DNA of 64,000 bases from the NCBI RefSeq assembly GCF_009914755.1, contig NC_060930.1. One strand, 5' to 3'. Positions 1 to 16,872 of this stretch are shown in pieces. The stretch comes from the human T2T-CHM13v2.0 reference genome, Homo sapiens. The translations under genes and the position numbers were made by a program. The notes under the pieces were generated by a model that ran no database searches, was not told the origin of the DNA, and was given only the letters and a program-made list of their open reading frames with translations. How positions within the stretch are numbered: the stretch's first letter is position 1; the number at the start of each line of letters is the position of its first letter.

Positions 1-189
1 ACCAGAGAGGAGTGACCAGCTGGTTCCAGTGTTCATTCCCTCTGTTTCCCACGCTCACTTGCTCACACACTCCCTCTCACGAGGAGTGGCCAGCAGCAGG
101 CTGAAGGAAACAAGCCACTCCAGTTCCCACCCACAAAGGGGGTCAAGGTCAAAGGAACTGTCCCATCTCACCACACTCAGTGATGGACC

Positions 190-830
190 ATTTATTAAAT
201 TCTTCTTTCTCTGTGTGTTTCCTGTTGGGTCATCTCCGCCATTGTCTTGAAGTTTACGAATCTTTCTTCTGGAATCTCTTCCATGGTCATTAATCCCATC
301 CAACGTATTTTTCATCTCAGCCAGTGTAGCTTTCATCTCTGAAAGTTTATTTTGGGTCCTTTTTATATCTTCCATGTCTCTCCTTAACTATTTGAACATA
401 CAGAATACAGGTATTGTGATTATTTCAATATCCTTGTCTGCTCATTCTAACATCTGTGCTAGTTCTGACTTGGTTTTGATTGATTTAGTTTTCACCTCAT
501 TACAGATTGAATTTTTATGCTTCTTTGAATACCTGGTAATTTTTTATTAGATGTCAGACATTAGGGATTTTGCCTTGTTGAATACTGGATATTTTTGTAT
601 TCTTATAAATATTCTTGGACAAATTAAGTGACTTGGAAACAGTCTCAGTTTTGCTTGCTTGCTTTGAATACTTCTTAGGTGGGACTGAGCCATGATTAAT
701 CTAGGACTCATTCCTCCTCATTACTGAGGTAAAACCTTTCTGAGTGCTGTACCCAATGCCCAATAAGGTGAAACATGAAGTTTTCTAGTCTGGCTTATGG
801 GAACAGGTGCTACTCCTGGCCCTATCTCAC
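190..830 (-). mobile_element. Old L1M fragment (ORF1 region)
   Basis: ORF 55..375(-) reads EMKNTLDGIND...RKLQD, a degenerate L1 ORF1p coiled-coil segment; boundaries approximate. Confidence 0.6.
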
Positions 831-1168
831 TGTTTAACTAAAATATTTAAAAACAACACAGGAGTTTAAAAAAATTCAGAACTGTCACAGGTTGCCATAA
901 TTAGAAATTGCACATGGATCTGATAAAATGTTGTTCTATCAGCTAACACTGGAGTTCCACTCAGGAAGAGGATGGACTTTGGTTTTGAAAATACCTTGAG
1001 AGGTCACTCTAGTTCGGAGGTGAGGCTTCAACAGTTTATCTGGAAGGAGGCAGTGAAAAAAGAGAGCCAAAATGGTCTGTGTAAGAGGTTAGGAGAAATC
1101 TGGGTATGGTGGAAGGAAGTGAATTAATTAAGGCAAAAGGTCGAGGGAAGGGAGACAGGAGGCCAGAT

Positions 1169-1876
1169 TGTTCCTGGAACCGAGCCGGGTCTGGCTGTGT
1201 TTTCTCGTGGCCCAATAACGAGAAGCAGACAAACTAGGAAAGAAGGGAATTTCTTGTAGTAACCAGATACAGGGAGAAGGTCAGAGATAATTCCACTAGA
1301 CCAACTCAAAGTGTTACAATTTTCTTAGTGCTTATATAGATTGGGGTCATATGCCTATGTGCAGTATCACATTCACCTAAGTCTATGGGTAACTAATTTC
1401 GTTTCAACTAGAAGATCAGAGGCCAAAAAATGCTTTCTAAGTCTGATCAAGCTGTGAGGGCCCCAGTACCTTCAAGGCCTGTCTCCTAAATTCTATTTAA
1501 TGAGGACTGTGGTACCAGAGTGATTATTCCTATCTTATCTCATTTGCAGTTTGGTCCAGAGAGCTGCCTTAAACTCTCCCATAAATCTATTCAAACAGCT
1601 GCCTCAGTTACCTTGACTCATCTCAGACTTCATTAACCTGAGATGGGTCCTGGCACGAGGAGTGTAAGGCTGTCTCCATCATCTTGGCTTGCTCCAGCTT
1701 TGGGAGAAGACTGTGTAGGAAGTGTGTTTCATTTCTGGCTTTGATGTCTGGGCATCAATTTCCCTGGGTTTAATTATTAGCTTAATGTTGAGGCAGTGCT
1801 GTGGAAATGTGTCTGTGTAGCTGGGGTGCTCTGCAGGCCTGTTTGTGTGATGGTCAGGGAGAATTGACCTGCCACA
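1169..1876 (-). mobile_element. ERV1-class solo LTR, subfamily not assigned
   Basis: ~708 bp TG...CA-bounded segment (minus strand begins TGTGGCAGGTCAATTCTCCCTGAC) resembling recalled ERV1 LTRs; no clear TSD. Confidence 0.6.
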
Positions 1877-2828
1877 GCTGGCCCAGAAGCGGGTAGAGAT
1901 ATAGGCAGTGAAATAGAAACTCTTCATGAGATGGACAAAAGACCGAAGCAGGGGTGTCTAATATTCAATTTTAGGTTTGATTCATATCTAACATTAGACT
2001 GAGATTCAGATGTGGTGGTATAAACCTCTCCATGGCCTCAAGTTGTCGGTAAAATTCAGCTATTTATGCAGCCTTGGTCGATGGCTTGTCAAAAAATGAA
2101 ATTATCAAAATCATGGCCAGTTAGGGCAGCGAGGTGCAAGCTGGGATGAAGAGATGTTCCATTAGCTGAAACGATTTTGCAGAATCAGGATTTCAGAGCT
2201 AGGGATGACCTGGAAAAATGTAATACATATGCCCTTCACCCTATGAATCCCCCAAAGAGTTTGAAGGGAACTCTAGATCTCCAGGTACACCTGGGATGGA
2301 GGTTCAAGTCAATTTCACTCAAAACCCAAAGGACAGGGTCAACTTCAGTTGACATGTCAATTAAGTATGATTAATTCTCAAACTAGTGACACCAACAACG
2401 GGTGGTAAGCATTCAGAAGAGAGTCTGTCAGGAGGACCTGGTTCAGCTGCCTTAAACATGTGTCAGAAATCGACTTCGACCTTTGCCTTCGCATCTCCCC
2501 TTGGGACAATGGGCTTTTGTACTCCAGTGTATAAATTTATGATGTTATCTGTTCTCCGCAACAAATATGACATCATGGTACAGCCCAGAAGCAATGTTAT
2601 CTTTTTCCCCCTCAAGGTTAGATTGTCCCTACCATTCCTCGCTGCAGTGGCAGAGCTGCAGAGGGATTGGCTGAGGTTTGCTTCAAGTGTCATACTGCTA
2701 TTTACAGCAGGTGAAACAGTTCCTTCTAGAAGGGACCTCTGTTATCTCCCCCAGTGCCCACTGGTGTCCTAGGAAAGCACAGTTGACACTGGGCTTTAAG
2801 CAGCCATTAAAGATAACACTGGGCTTTA

Positions 2829-3160
<332 letters not shown>

Positions 3161-3695
3161 GGATCTTTCTGTCTATTCATCAGTGAACCTAGGAATGCAT
3201 TTTAAACTTTGCCCTTGGGTATTTTCCCTGTTGCAGATGAAGGCTATTGAGGCTATTTCTTCTTGCCGGCTTGCCTTCACACCTCCTTCAAAGGTAGTTT
3301 CTTTAAAATGTTTTATTAGAAACCTAAAGTTAAAACTTTTAGTTACTCCCAATTTTTACTGAGCCTTGAGCACTCTGCATTCACAGTTGAGGGTAGCTGC
3401 GCCTCCCACTGTCCCCACCGCGCAGAACTAGGATGTGGGTCCAGGTCCCAGCAACCCTGCACCCCAGTCCTAGAAGGTACTGCAGAATCCTTCCCTGCTT
3501 TGCCTTTATAGTTTTAAGTTGGGGACTCTCTTGAGTAGGCAGCAGAGAGCGCTGACATATATAATAGAATGTAGAATATAAAAAAGATAGAATTTCTGAC
3601 AGTGCAGAATAAAAGGTGCTGAAAAAAATGGATGGTGAGTTAGAATAAAACAAAGTTGCATTCCTCACTTACTTTTTGCTTATATAAAAATCCAG

Positions 3696-3783
3696 GGCCA
3701 TGCAAGGTGGCTCATGCCTATAATCCCAGCACTTCGGGAGGCTGAGGCGGATGGATCACCTGAGTTCAGTTCGAGACCAGCCA
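3696..3783 (+). mobile_element. Alu left-arm fragment
   Basis: GGTGGCTCATGCCTATAATCCCAGCAC...GTTCGAGACCAGCC then truncation. Confidence 0.85.
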
Positions 3784-3889
3784 AAACAAAGCATTAAAAA
3801 TTAAACCATAAAAGGATGAAAAGAAAATGTAATAGATTCTTCCAATAAACTGAACATGAGGAACTTAACTCCCCTTGCCCCCACTGACC

Positions 3890-4225
3890 TATGCTACAAG
3901 GTGGATAAGACTCACACTTTTAGCTAAGTGAAAGTAGCCAGAGACATAAAGTATGGACCACTGACATGAAATATCTAGAACAGGCAAATCTGTAGAGATA
4001 GACAGTAGATGAGTTGTTGCCCAGGGCTGGAATGGGTGTGGGGGCGGGGAGTTGGGGCTGAGAGCTAAGGGGTGCATGCAGGGGTTCCTTTTTGGAGTAA
4101 TGAAAGTATTCTAAAATGTATTGTGATGATAAATGCATAACTCTGTTAATACACTAAAAGCAATTGGATTATACATTTTAAATGAGTGAACTCTATGCAG
4201 CGTGAATTATATCTTAGTATAACTG
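3890..4225 (+). mobile_element. L1MB-type 3' end
   Basis: Resembles L1MB 3' UTR (…GGCAAATCTGTAGAGATAGACAGTAGAT…GTGAATTATATCT). Confidence 0.7.
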
Positions 4226-4256
<31 letters not shown>

Positions 4257-4265
4257 GAATGAAGG

Positions 4266-4575
<310 letters not shown>

Positions 4576-4640
4576 GTAGATAAGTGAAATGAAAATGAAA
4601 ACCATCCATTAGCCCTCTACCTAGAGGTAGTCACTATTGA

Positions 4641-5314
<674 letters not shown>

Positions 5315-5337
5315 TCTAATAAGCAAATGTTACATTA

Positions 5338-5432
5338 GAAGGAAAGAAGGCAGGCAGGAAGGACGGGAGGCAAGAAGGAAGGAAAAAAGGAAGGCAGGAG
5401 GGAAGGAAGAAAGGAAGGCAGGCAGGAAGGAA
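5338..5432. repeat. GA-rich (GGAA/GGCA) simple repeat
   Basis: Directly visible. Confidence 0.85.
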
Positions 5433-6434
5433 ATATTTGGTTTCTTTTCCTAAGATGCAACAGGTGGAAACCATGATCTATGTCTGCTCATGGCTCCATG
5501 ACCTCCTGCTCATTGTGTTGAAGAATGTTTCTTTTCCTTGGTTCTTACATGAGATTGGATTGGTTTCCATGTTAATTAAGAAGATGTTTGCTCTCTGAAT
5601 GAGTTAACAACTTGTGAAGTCTTCATCTGACCTCCTGTAGTTCACCTGGAATTGCTCAGATCAAGTAGTGAAACTTTGGGATGATCCCCTGAAGTTCAGA
5701 TCCCTTCGACTACTAAATATATTTAATCCCTCTTCTATGTGTAAGAATAATCTGCCGATCTATTACAAAAATCTATAAAGGATATCATTCCCCTCTCAAA
5801 GACCCTCTTACTCTGTCCTGCATTAAACTAGGCACTTCCAGCTTGGAGCCCAACTAGGTTTCCTATTGGAGATCTCAGTCTGATGGATGGCAGTCTAATC
5901 GGAATGATCCCTGTCCTCATGGAGCGCACAGTGCTGGGGAACATCCTGGGACTGCTGGGAATGCCAGTCAGGGAAGCAGGAGCCCAATCACCAAAGGCCA
6001 AGTCCCCAGGTCAACAGTTTGAACTCCTTCCTTTGGCAAGAGGGCAGGGAAGAGCCCTGTTGAGGGGTTTGAGGCAAAAAAGGCCTATTGATAGTTGAAA
6101 GACCACCTTGGCTACCAGGTAGGAAGGAATTTGTGTGGGAGAGCCTGGAGGCAGGGAGGGCGGCCCCTTAGTAGTTCCAGCCTTGAGGTCAGATTGCAGA
6201 CACTACATGGTCATTGGCTGTAAGCCTCTAGTTCCTCCCACTAAGAATGCAGGACATCACAGAGCCATTCTCACAGCACTCCACGCCTTCTAACATTCTG
6301 CCTCAGGCTGCATTTACTACCACATCCCAGCTGGCTTAGGCCTGGGTCACCTGCTCAGCCCCAGCAGGTTGTGGATAAATCCCTATTTGAAGAGGTTCTT
6401 GTTTCTTTTTTTGACCCCTAATTTATTTCCTCAT

Positions 6435-7075
6435 CTTTATTAAGGTATACTTGACAATTGGAAATCATATATATTTAAGGTATAGAATGTGATGACTCAA
6501 CATACATTTACATTGTGAAACGATGGCTACAGTCAAGTTAATTAACACATCCCTCGCTTCCTACCGTTTCCATTTTGTGTGTGTGGTGATAACACTTTAG
6601 ATCAACTCTCTTAGCAAATTTCAAGTATACAGTAGTGTATTGTTAACTATAGTCACATTGCTGTATATAAGATCCCCAGAACTTATTCATCCTGTTTAAC
6701 TGAACTTTCCTACCCTTTGTGGATGTTTTGTTTTGTTTTGTTTTGTTTGTTTTTAGAGAGGAGGTCCCACTATGCTGCCCAGGCTGGCCTTGGACTCTTG
6801 GACTCAAGTGATTTTCCTGTCTCAGCCTTCCAAATAGCTGGGGTTATACGCATGAGCCACTGTGCCCATCTTCTTTGTACCCTTGGCCCAACATCTCTCC
6901 ATTTCTGCCATCCTTGCCCCCGCCCTTGGCAACCACAATTCTACTCTCTGCTGCTGTTTGACTTTTTCAGATTCTACATTTAAGTGAGATCGTACAGTAT
7001 GTGTCTTTCTATGCCTGGCTTATTTTATTTGGCCTGACACCCTCTAGGTTCATCTGTGTTGCTGAAAATGGCAGG
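6435..7075 (-). mobile_element. L1MA-type 3' end interrupted by an Alu monomer (6724-6868, minus)
   Basis: Reverse L1MA 3' UTR motifs on both sides of a FLAM/AluJ-like monomer. Confidence 0.7.
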
Positions 7076-7221
7076 CACAGCTCCAGCCTTCTGTGGCCAC
7101 CTGAGGGGACTTCCAGCGTTTCCCAAGGTTCCGACTGTCCTAGGATACTCTCCAAGTACATTGTTTTGAGCAATGGCAGAGCCCAGGCTGCAACACTGGC
7201 TTACAAAAATTTGCCTGGTGG

Positions 7222-7632
<411 letters not shown>

Positions 7633-7859
7633 TCAGCTTACAGGCCTCTACACGGCAGCTAGGACCATGGTGAGGGACGCTTCTAAATCTTTCCATAGGC
7701 TCAGAAAGAGAGGGATGCCCTCCCCAGATCTCCTCAGCAAGCTTGAGATGGTCCCTGCCTCCAAAGGGGACTTACAGTATTTCAGAAGGTTCACCTCTGA
7801 AGGGACCCCAGGTGGTACAGACATAGCCCAAGACCAGTGGTGTGCATTTATGACTTAAG

Positions 7860-7945
7860 GACAACCCTCCGGTTATCATCCTGAGATGGGACAGCCTTTG
7901 TGACAACCCTCCGGTTATCATCCTGAGATGGGACAGCCTTTGTGA
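7860..7945. repeat. Perfect 42-bp tandem duplication
   Basis: GACAACCCTCCGGTTATCATCCTGAGATGGGACAGCCTTTGT x2. Confidence 0.95.
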
Positions 7946-8240
7946 GGGGAGAAACTCTCTTCAGTGTTGTATAAAGACATGACAATCGTCACCCTTGGAA
8001 AGAACAAAAGTAAAAATGGTGATGAATAACAATAGAAATGGTGATGATCATCGTAATGTAAAAGATAGTATTATTTTAAGATAATATAATAATATTTTAG
8101 GATAAGAATATTGAACTAGGGAGATGAAAAATAAATACATAAATGAATGATGGAAATACATAAATGAAGACGGAAAACAAATACATAAATCAATGTCAGG
8201 GGTCACCTCCAAGTGTCAGGGTTACACTCAGTTTAGGATT

Positions 8241-8242
<2 letters not shown>

Positions 8243-8280
<38 letters not shown>
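8243..8280. repeat. (TG)n microsatellite
   Basis: Directly visible. Confidence 0.98.
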
Positions 8281-8282
<2 letters not shown>

Positions 8283-8380
8283 TTCATGATTTCTTCATTC
8301 TCTGCATTGAGTGTATATGATTGCACTAATTGTTGAGGAAAGGCATATTTTCCAAAGCTATTTTAAATTGTTTGCTCTAT

Positions 8381-8871
8381 TCTAGAGAAGGGAACCAAAA
8401 TATCCCTCTCTAAAATCCTGGGGATTGGATGGCAGGATGGCAATTTACAAAGACAAAGGTCTTCTTGTCCTCCTCCCTGCCTTTTCCACCTAAAGACAAG
8501 GGCCTTCACAACATTAGCTTCTCAGCTGGGAGGCAGCAGCACCCAAGGACCTAGGAGCAGACTTTACTCTTTCCATAAATTTATCCTCCTGCATTTTCCT
8601 GCTTTTTGGAAGCCTGAAGATGCTGTCTTCTTTGTCTTATCATTATAGGATTTATGGCTCTTTGTTAAAATACTATTTGAGCAAGGTCCGAAGGCCACTG
8701 CCTTGAGAGAGAAATACTCTTGAACAAAGGCCTCTCCAGCGTTATGGGTACAGCGCATGTCAGTAGACTTCGCTGGTTTTTCCCTTTTTAATCTGGCTTT
8801 TGTTTTCAAGGGGGGTGTTTCAACTAAGAACCCATGAGGGAAAGAAAAGAAATTATATTTTCTCCCTTACA
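8381..8871 (+). mobile_element. ERV1 LTR relic (MER34/MER39 group)
   Basis: Ends ...TTTTCTCCCTTACA; internal motifs shared with the relics at 36.4 kb and 59.8 kb. Confidence 0.55.
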
Positions 8872-9013
8872 GTATTATGTTCAAAGAAAACAGCCAGCAC
8901 CTTTAAGAAGAATTTCCCAACTGGATTCAGGCTAAGATGCTACCAACAGTTTGGCTGAGGGCTGCCTGAAGCTGAGGGTTGTCCTTCTGTCACAAGGTCA
9001 AGAAGGGCCTCCT

Positions 9014-9286
9014 GGCTGGGCCGGGTGGCTCACGCCTGTAATCCTAGCACTTTGGGAGGCCCAGGTGGGTGGATCACCTGAGCTCAGGAGTTCGAGACCA
9101 GCTTGGGAAATATGGCGAAACACCGTCTCTACTAAAAATACAAAAAATGAGCCAGGCATGGTGGTGCACACCTCTAATCCCAGGTACTGGGAAGGCTGAG
9201 GCATGAGAATCACTGGAACCTGGAAGGTGGAAGTACTGGAACCCAGAAGGTGGGTGACAGAGCAAGACTCTGTCTCAAAAAAAAAA
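9014..9286 (+). mobile_element. Alu with rearranged right arm
   Basis: Alu dimer; part of right arm replaced by a second ACTGGAACC..GAAGG copy. Confidence 0.9.
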
Positions 9287-9432
9287 GGACCTCATTCAAG
9301 TGGAACCAGGAGGGACAGAGATTGATTCCAGGGTTGTCTGCATCCTGACAAACTAACAGGGCTGGACCAGGCAGGAAGCTGGCTCTTCAGAATGAACATC
9401 CTGTGGAAGTTGACAATTAAAAGCCCAGACCT

Positions 9433-9569
9433 GGCCGGGCGTGGTGGCTCATGCCTGTAATCCCAGCACTTTGGGAGGCTGAAATGGGTGGATCACTTGA
9501 GGTCAGGAGTTCGAGGCCAGCATGGCCAATATGGTGAAACCCCATCTCTACTAAAAAATAAGAATAAAA
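9433..9569 (+). mobile_element. Alu left monomer with 15-bp TSD
   Basis: TSD TAAAAGCCCAGACCT at 9418-9432 and 9570-9584. Confidence 0.9.
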
Positions 9570-9709
9570 TAAAAGCCCAGACCTTCGCAAGTCTGAGGCA
9601 GAAGCTGAGCTCAGCTCCCACAAAGGGGCTACTGTCAGCCCAGGGCCACTGCCTTCAGGTCCCCTCAGCCTGTGACTGCTCCATCAAGGCCACCAAAATC
9701 CCACCTGAG

Positions 9710-10003
9710 GGCCTGGCGCAGTGGTTCACACCTGTAATCCCAGCACTTTGGGAGGCCGAGGAGGGCAGATCACTTGCACTCAGGAGTTCAAGACCAGCCT
9801 GAGCAAACAGTGAAACCATGTCTCTACTAAAAATACAAAATTGGCCGGGTATGGTGGCACACACCTATAATTCCAGCTATTTGGAAGGCTGAGGCAAGAA
9901 TCGCTTGAACCTGGGAGGGGGAGGTTGCAGTGAGCTAAGATAACGCCACTGCACTCTAACCTGGGCAAAGTGAGACTATGTCTCAAAAAAAAAAAAAAAA
10001 AAA
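9710..10003 (+). mobile_element. Alu with TSD AAAATCCCACCTGAG
   Basis: Full dimer, TSD on both flanks. Confidence 0.95.
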
Positions 10004-10172
10004 ATCCCACCTGAGCCTCTCAATGATTCACTGAAGATGTTTATCTTCTGAGAGCTTCAGCATAAACTCTAATTTCCAGAGACACTTGTATTTGGATTTT
10101 GTTAAGTAGGTAGGAACACAACTGGAATGCCTACTGTGCCTAGACAGTTCTTTCTTTAAAAATCTTTATTTA

Positions 10173-12649
<2,477 letters not shown>

Positions 12650-12656
<7 letters not shown>

Positions 12657-14137
12657 ATGGTAAAGATAACCCTAAGAAAAAAGAACAAAGCTGGAGGCAT
12701 CATGCTACCTGACTTCAAACTATACTACAAGGCTACAGTAAACAAAACAGCATGGTACTTGTGCCAAAACAGATATATAGACCAATGGAACAGAACAGAC
12801 GCCTCAGAAATAATGCCACACATCTACAACCATCTGATCTTTGACAAACCTGGCAAAAACAAGCAATGGGGAAAGGATTCCCTATTTAATAAATGGTGTT
12901 GGGAAAACTGGCTAGCCATATGCAGAAAACTGAAACTGGACCCCTTCCTTACACCTTACACAAAAATTAATTCAAGATGGATTAAAGACTTAAACATAAG
13001 ACCTAAAACCATAAAAACGCTAGAAGAAAACCTAGGTAATACCATTCAGTACAGGCATGGGCAAGGACTTCATGACTAAAACACCAAAAGCAGTGGCAAC
13101 AAAAGTCAAAATTGACAAATGGGATCTAACTAAACTAAAGAGCTTCTACACAGCAAAAGAAACTATCATCAAAGTGAACAGGCAACCTACAGAATGGGAG
13201 AACATTTTTGCAATGTATGCATCTAACAAAGGGCTAATATCCAGAATCTACAAGGAATTTAAACAAATTTACAAGAAAAAAACAAAAAACCCCATCAAAA
13301 AGTGGGCAAATGATATGAACAGACACTTCTCAAAAGAATACATTTATGCGACCAACAAACATATGAAAAAAAGCTCATCATCACTGGTCATTAGAAAAAT
13401 GCAAATCAAAACCATAATGAGATACCATCTTATGCCAGTTAGAATGGCAGTCATTAAAAAGTCAGGAAACAACAGATGCTGGAGAGGATATGGAGAAATA
13501 GGAACGCTTTTACACTGTTGGTGGGAGTGTAAATTAGTTCAACTGTTGTGGAAGACAGTGTGGCAATTCCTCAAGGATCTAGAACTGGAAATACCATTTG
13601 ACCCAGTGATCCCATTACTGGGTGTATACCCAAAGGATTATAAATCATTCTACTATAAATACACATGCACATGTATGTTTATTGAAGCACTATTCACAAT
13701 AGCAAAGACTTGGAACCAACCCAAATGCCCATCAATGATAGACTGCATAAAGAAAATGTGGCACATATACACCATGGAATACCATGCAGCCATAAAAAAG
13801 GATGAGTTCATGTCCTTTGCAGGGACATGGATGAAGCTGAAAACCATCATTTTCAGCAAACTAACACAAGAACAGAAAACCAAACACCACATGTTCTCAG
13901 TCATAAGTGGGAGTTGAACAATGAGAACACATGGACACAGGGAGGGGAACATCACACACCAGGGCCCTGTCGGGCGGTGGGAGCCTAGGGGAGGGATAGC
14001 ATTAGGAGAAATACCTAATGTAAGTGACAGGTTGATGGGTGCAGCAAACCACCACGGCACTTGTATACCTATGTAACAAACCTGCACATTCTGTACATGT
14101 ATCCCAGAACTTAAAGTATAATAATAATAATAATAAT
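12650..14137 (+). mobile_element. L1PA (approx. L1PA7), sense 3' segment: ORF2 C-terminus, 3' UTR, (AAT)n tail
   Basis: ORFs 12657 and 13057 match the ORF2p C-terminus (CWRG...HCWWECKL); TSD AAATCTTTATTTA at 10160-10172 and 14138-14150. Confidence 0.95.
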
Positions 14138-14854
14138 AAATCTTTATTTAACCAATGTTCACAAGTAAATGTGAGATTGGAAATTCCAAGTGGTACACAT
14201 TTCAGTATGTGCAGGTCAAACCCCTTTTGTGCAAGGCCACATTGCCCAACTCCAAGGGGCTCTGTGCCCATAGAATCTAATATACTGGTTTCCCCTAGAG
14301 CTGTGTGATATGTCAGCCCAGGTCTTGCAGTAGAACAACTTGGACCGCTCTTGACAAGGAAGGAATGCCTCCAGAAACTTCCCAATAGACTTTCACATCT
14401 CATTGACAGGAAGTGGCTCAGTTACCCACTGCTGCCTCATTGGCAAGCGGACTAGAATCCCAGGATAATTGAGCAAATCAGGATTGACACACTTGGGGAT
14501 AGTGAGGTCCCAGCCCCTCCCTGAAGCACACAGCACCCCAATGCAGAGGGGGCAAATGACTGGGTCCCCAACAGCATCTGCCACACTTTGCTTCTGATCA
14601 TCAGTTTCCAAAAAGATAGGTGTCCAGCATTGGCTGGAGAGCTCTGCAGAGTCAGGAGCATGGACTCTGGGGAGCTGTGAGCCCTCCACAGTCAACAGGA
14701 GAATGAATCCACAATTGTTGGAGAAAAGAGCTCACAACTGCCATTGGTTTCCCACAGTTAGGGCCTTTGCCAGGAGCCTCTCCCGCACCGGCTCAGGGCT
14801 GCCCCAGTGACCTGGCAGACAGGAGGCATCTGTGGAAGTAACATGGGAAGAATG

Positions 14855-15040
14855 CAGGCCTTCCAATTAGATGGGCCTGGAATCCTAGCTTTGCCATTGA
14901 CTAGCTATGTGACCTTAGTAATGTCATTCAATTTCTGTAGGCTTCAGTTTCAAAATGGAGGGAATGACATCTACTTCATAAATTGCTATGAAGATTTTTT
15001 TCCTAGTCGGATGAAATCTCCAGCACAAAATAGGTTCTCA
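14855..15040 (+). mobile_element. MIR relic
   Basis: MIR core-like ...ACTAGCTATGTGACCTT...GCTTCAGTTT. Confidence 0.55.
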
Positions 15041-15042
15041 CT

Positions 15043-15566
15043 CAATGATTCTTAAACGTTGGTGTTCTAAGAATCACCTGAGAGTCTTGGCCGGGTGCCG
15101 TGGCTCATGCCTGTAATCCTGGCACTTTGGGAGGCTGAGACAGGGGGATTGCTTGAGGCCAGGAGTTCGAGACCAGCCTGGCCAACGTGGCAAAATCCCG
15201 TCTCTACTAAAAAATATAAAAATTAGTCAGGTGTGGTGGCACGCACCTGTAATCCCAGCTACTCAGGAGGCTGAAACACAAGAATCACTGGAACCCAGGA
15301 GGTGGAGCTGCAATGAGCCGAGATTGTGCCACTGCACTCCAGTCTGGGTAACACAGCGAGACTCTGTCTCAAAAAACAACAACAACAACAAAAAAAAAAA
15401 AACAGAGAATCACATGTGAATCTAGTTAAACATGCGGATGCCTGGGCCTCCCACCCCAGACATTCTGCTTGCCTGCATCTGGGTCCAGGAATCTGCATTT
15501 TTAACAATGGCCCCCAGGTGATTCTGATGTAAATGATCACTGGCTGCACACTGAGCCACACTGCAG
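15043..15566. mobile_element. MER5A-like DNA transposon split by an Alu
   Basis: AGAATCACCTG...GGAATCTGCATTTTTAACA...CCCCAGGTGATTCTGATG motifs on either side of the Alu. Confidence 0.65.
15089..15402 (+). mobile_element. Alu
   Basis: Full dimer with (AAC)n/A tail. Confidence 0.95.
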
Positions 15567-16771
15567 TAAACTGCTGCTGCTGCTGTTATCAGGCAAAACC
15601 TGAGCATGGCGGATATCTCATGCAACAAGAAAATTCATTTTAATTTTAATTATCTATCTATAATTAGCCTTGTTCCGTTAAAAATGATTAAGTCTGCAGT
15701 GCTTGAGGGACCCAATGGCTCACTGGTAAAAGCTGAATTCCATCAGCATTCTCCTTGCACAAATTCACCAAGTACACGAACCTCACGGCGGGAAGGCTTC
15801 CCCCAAGGAAGAAATGCAGCCTCCTCAACCTCTGCAGCCAAAATAAGACTCTTGCTAAAATTACTAAAGCATCGCATTTCCGGCGGAGAGCTTCCTTGCA
15901 AACTCCAATCTGGATTAATGAAGACTCAGGTCCCACCTGGCCCCATCATTCTGTCAATTCAACAGATTTCCTGGCCCAAGGAAAGTGCCCAGAAAAGCAA
16001 AGGTGAATCTCTCACTTCCCTCCCTTCCTCCCCTCACCACAACAACTGGCTCTGCTGGTGGCCTCAGGAGGATATAACACTATTTATTTCCTCTCTCCAG
16101 CCTCTTGGCCTCCAGCAGTAATAGCACTGCTAACTCGGAAATCTCTGCTGCTGCCTGTTATTGCAAAACTAGAATAGAAAACATTTTGCAGACAGTGTGA
16201 CTTGGAACAAAAGAGCAGGGAAGAGAAGAAATCCCCCAGCCAGCATCTGAGAGTGAGGGCATGTAAGGGTGATGGACTGAGGAGAGGACAGGGGAAGAGT
16301 GTTTGGGAAGGAAGCTATTACGGGTTGGGAGAGGTTTGGGAAAGGAAAGGCAGAAGCAGCTGTGTTTGACTCTGTGTTCTGAACGCCACTGGGCTTCTCC
16401 TGCTTGGCTAAGAAAGATTTGGCAGCAGTCAGGGTCATGAAGACTCGCGGTCAAGTTGAGAGTGATCAGCTGTTCTTGTCCAAAAGGACAAACCAAGAGC
16501 AAAATGAAATGAAATGAGATGAGATGGGATGGGAAGACCTTTGGGTCAAGTCCAGTGGTTCCCAAACCTGGCCTGTTGTCAGAATCACTTGGAGTGCTGA
16601 TTAAGACACCAATTCCCAGGCACCACTCTGACACTCTTCCCAGCAACTTGGATGATCGAGTGGATTTAGGAACCACAGGTGCAGCGGTTCAGGGGCTCCT
16701 GGCTGATGGTCTTTTGGGCCGATGGCATTTCTCCTGTAGATTCTTCAGAGTAGTTAATGGATTTTTCTACA

Positions 16772-16872
16772 ATGCAATAATCACATTTGTAATGTGATTA
16801 TTACATACGTAATGTACACATTACATTACACATATGTAACATACACATTACATTACACATATGTAATGTAAT
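16772..16872. repeat. Nested inverted and tandem repeat cluster
   Basis: 12-bp and 11-bp perfect stems plus a 27-bp-period duplication. Confidence 0.85.

Noticed and set aside
2386-2772. Overlapping 128-aa and 76-aa ORFs in unique sequence
   Set aside because: No recognisable protein family or exon structure; lengths within random expectation
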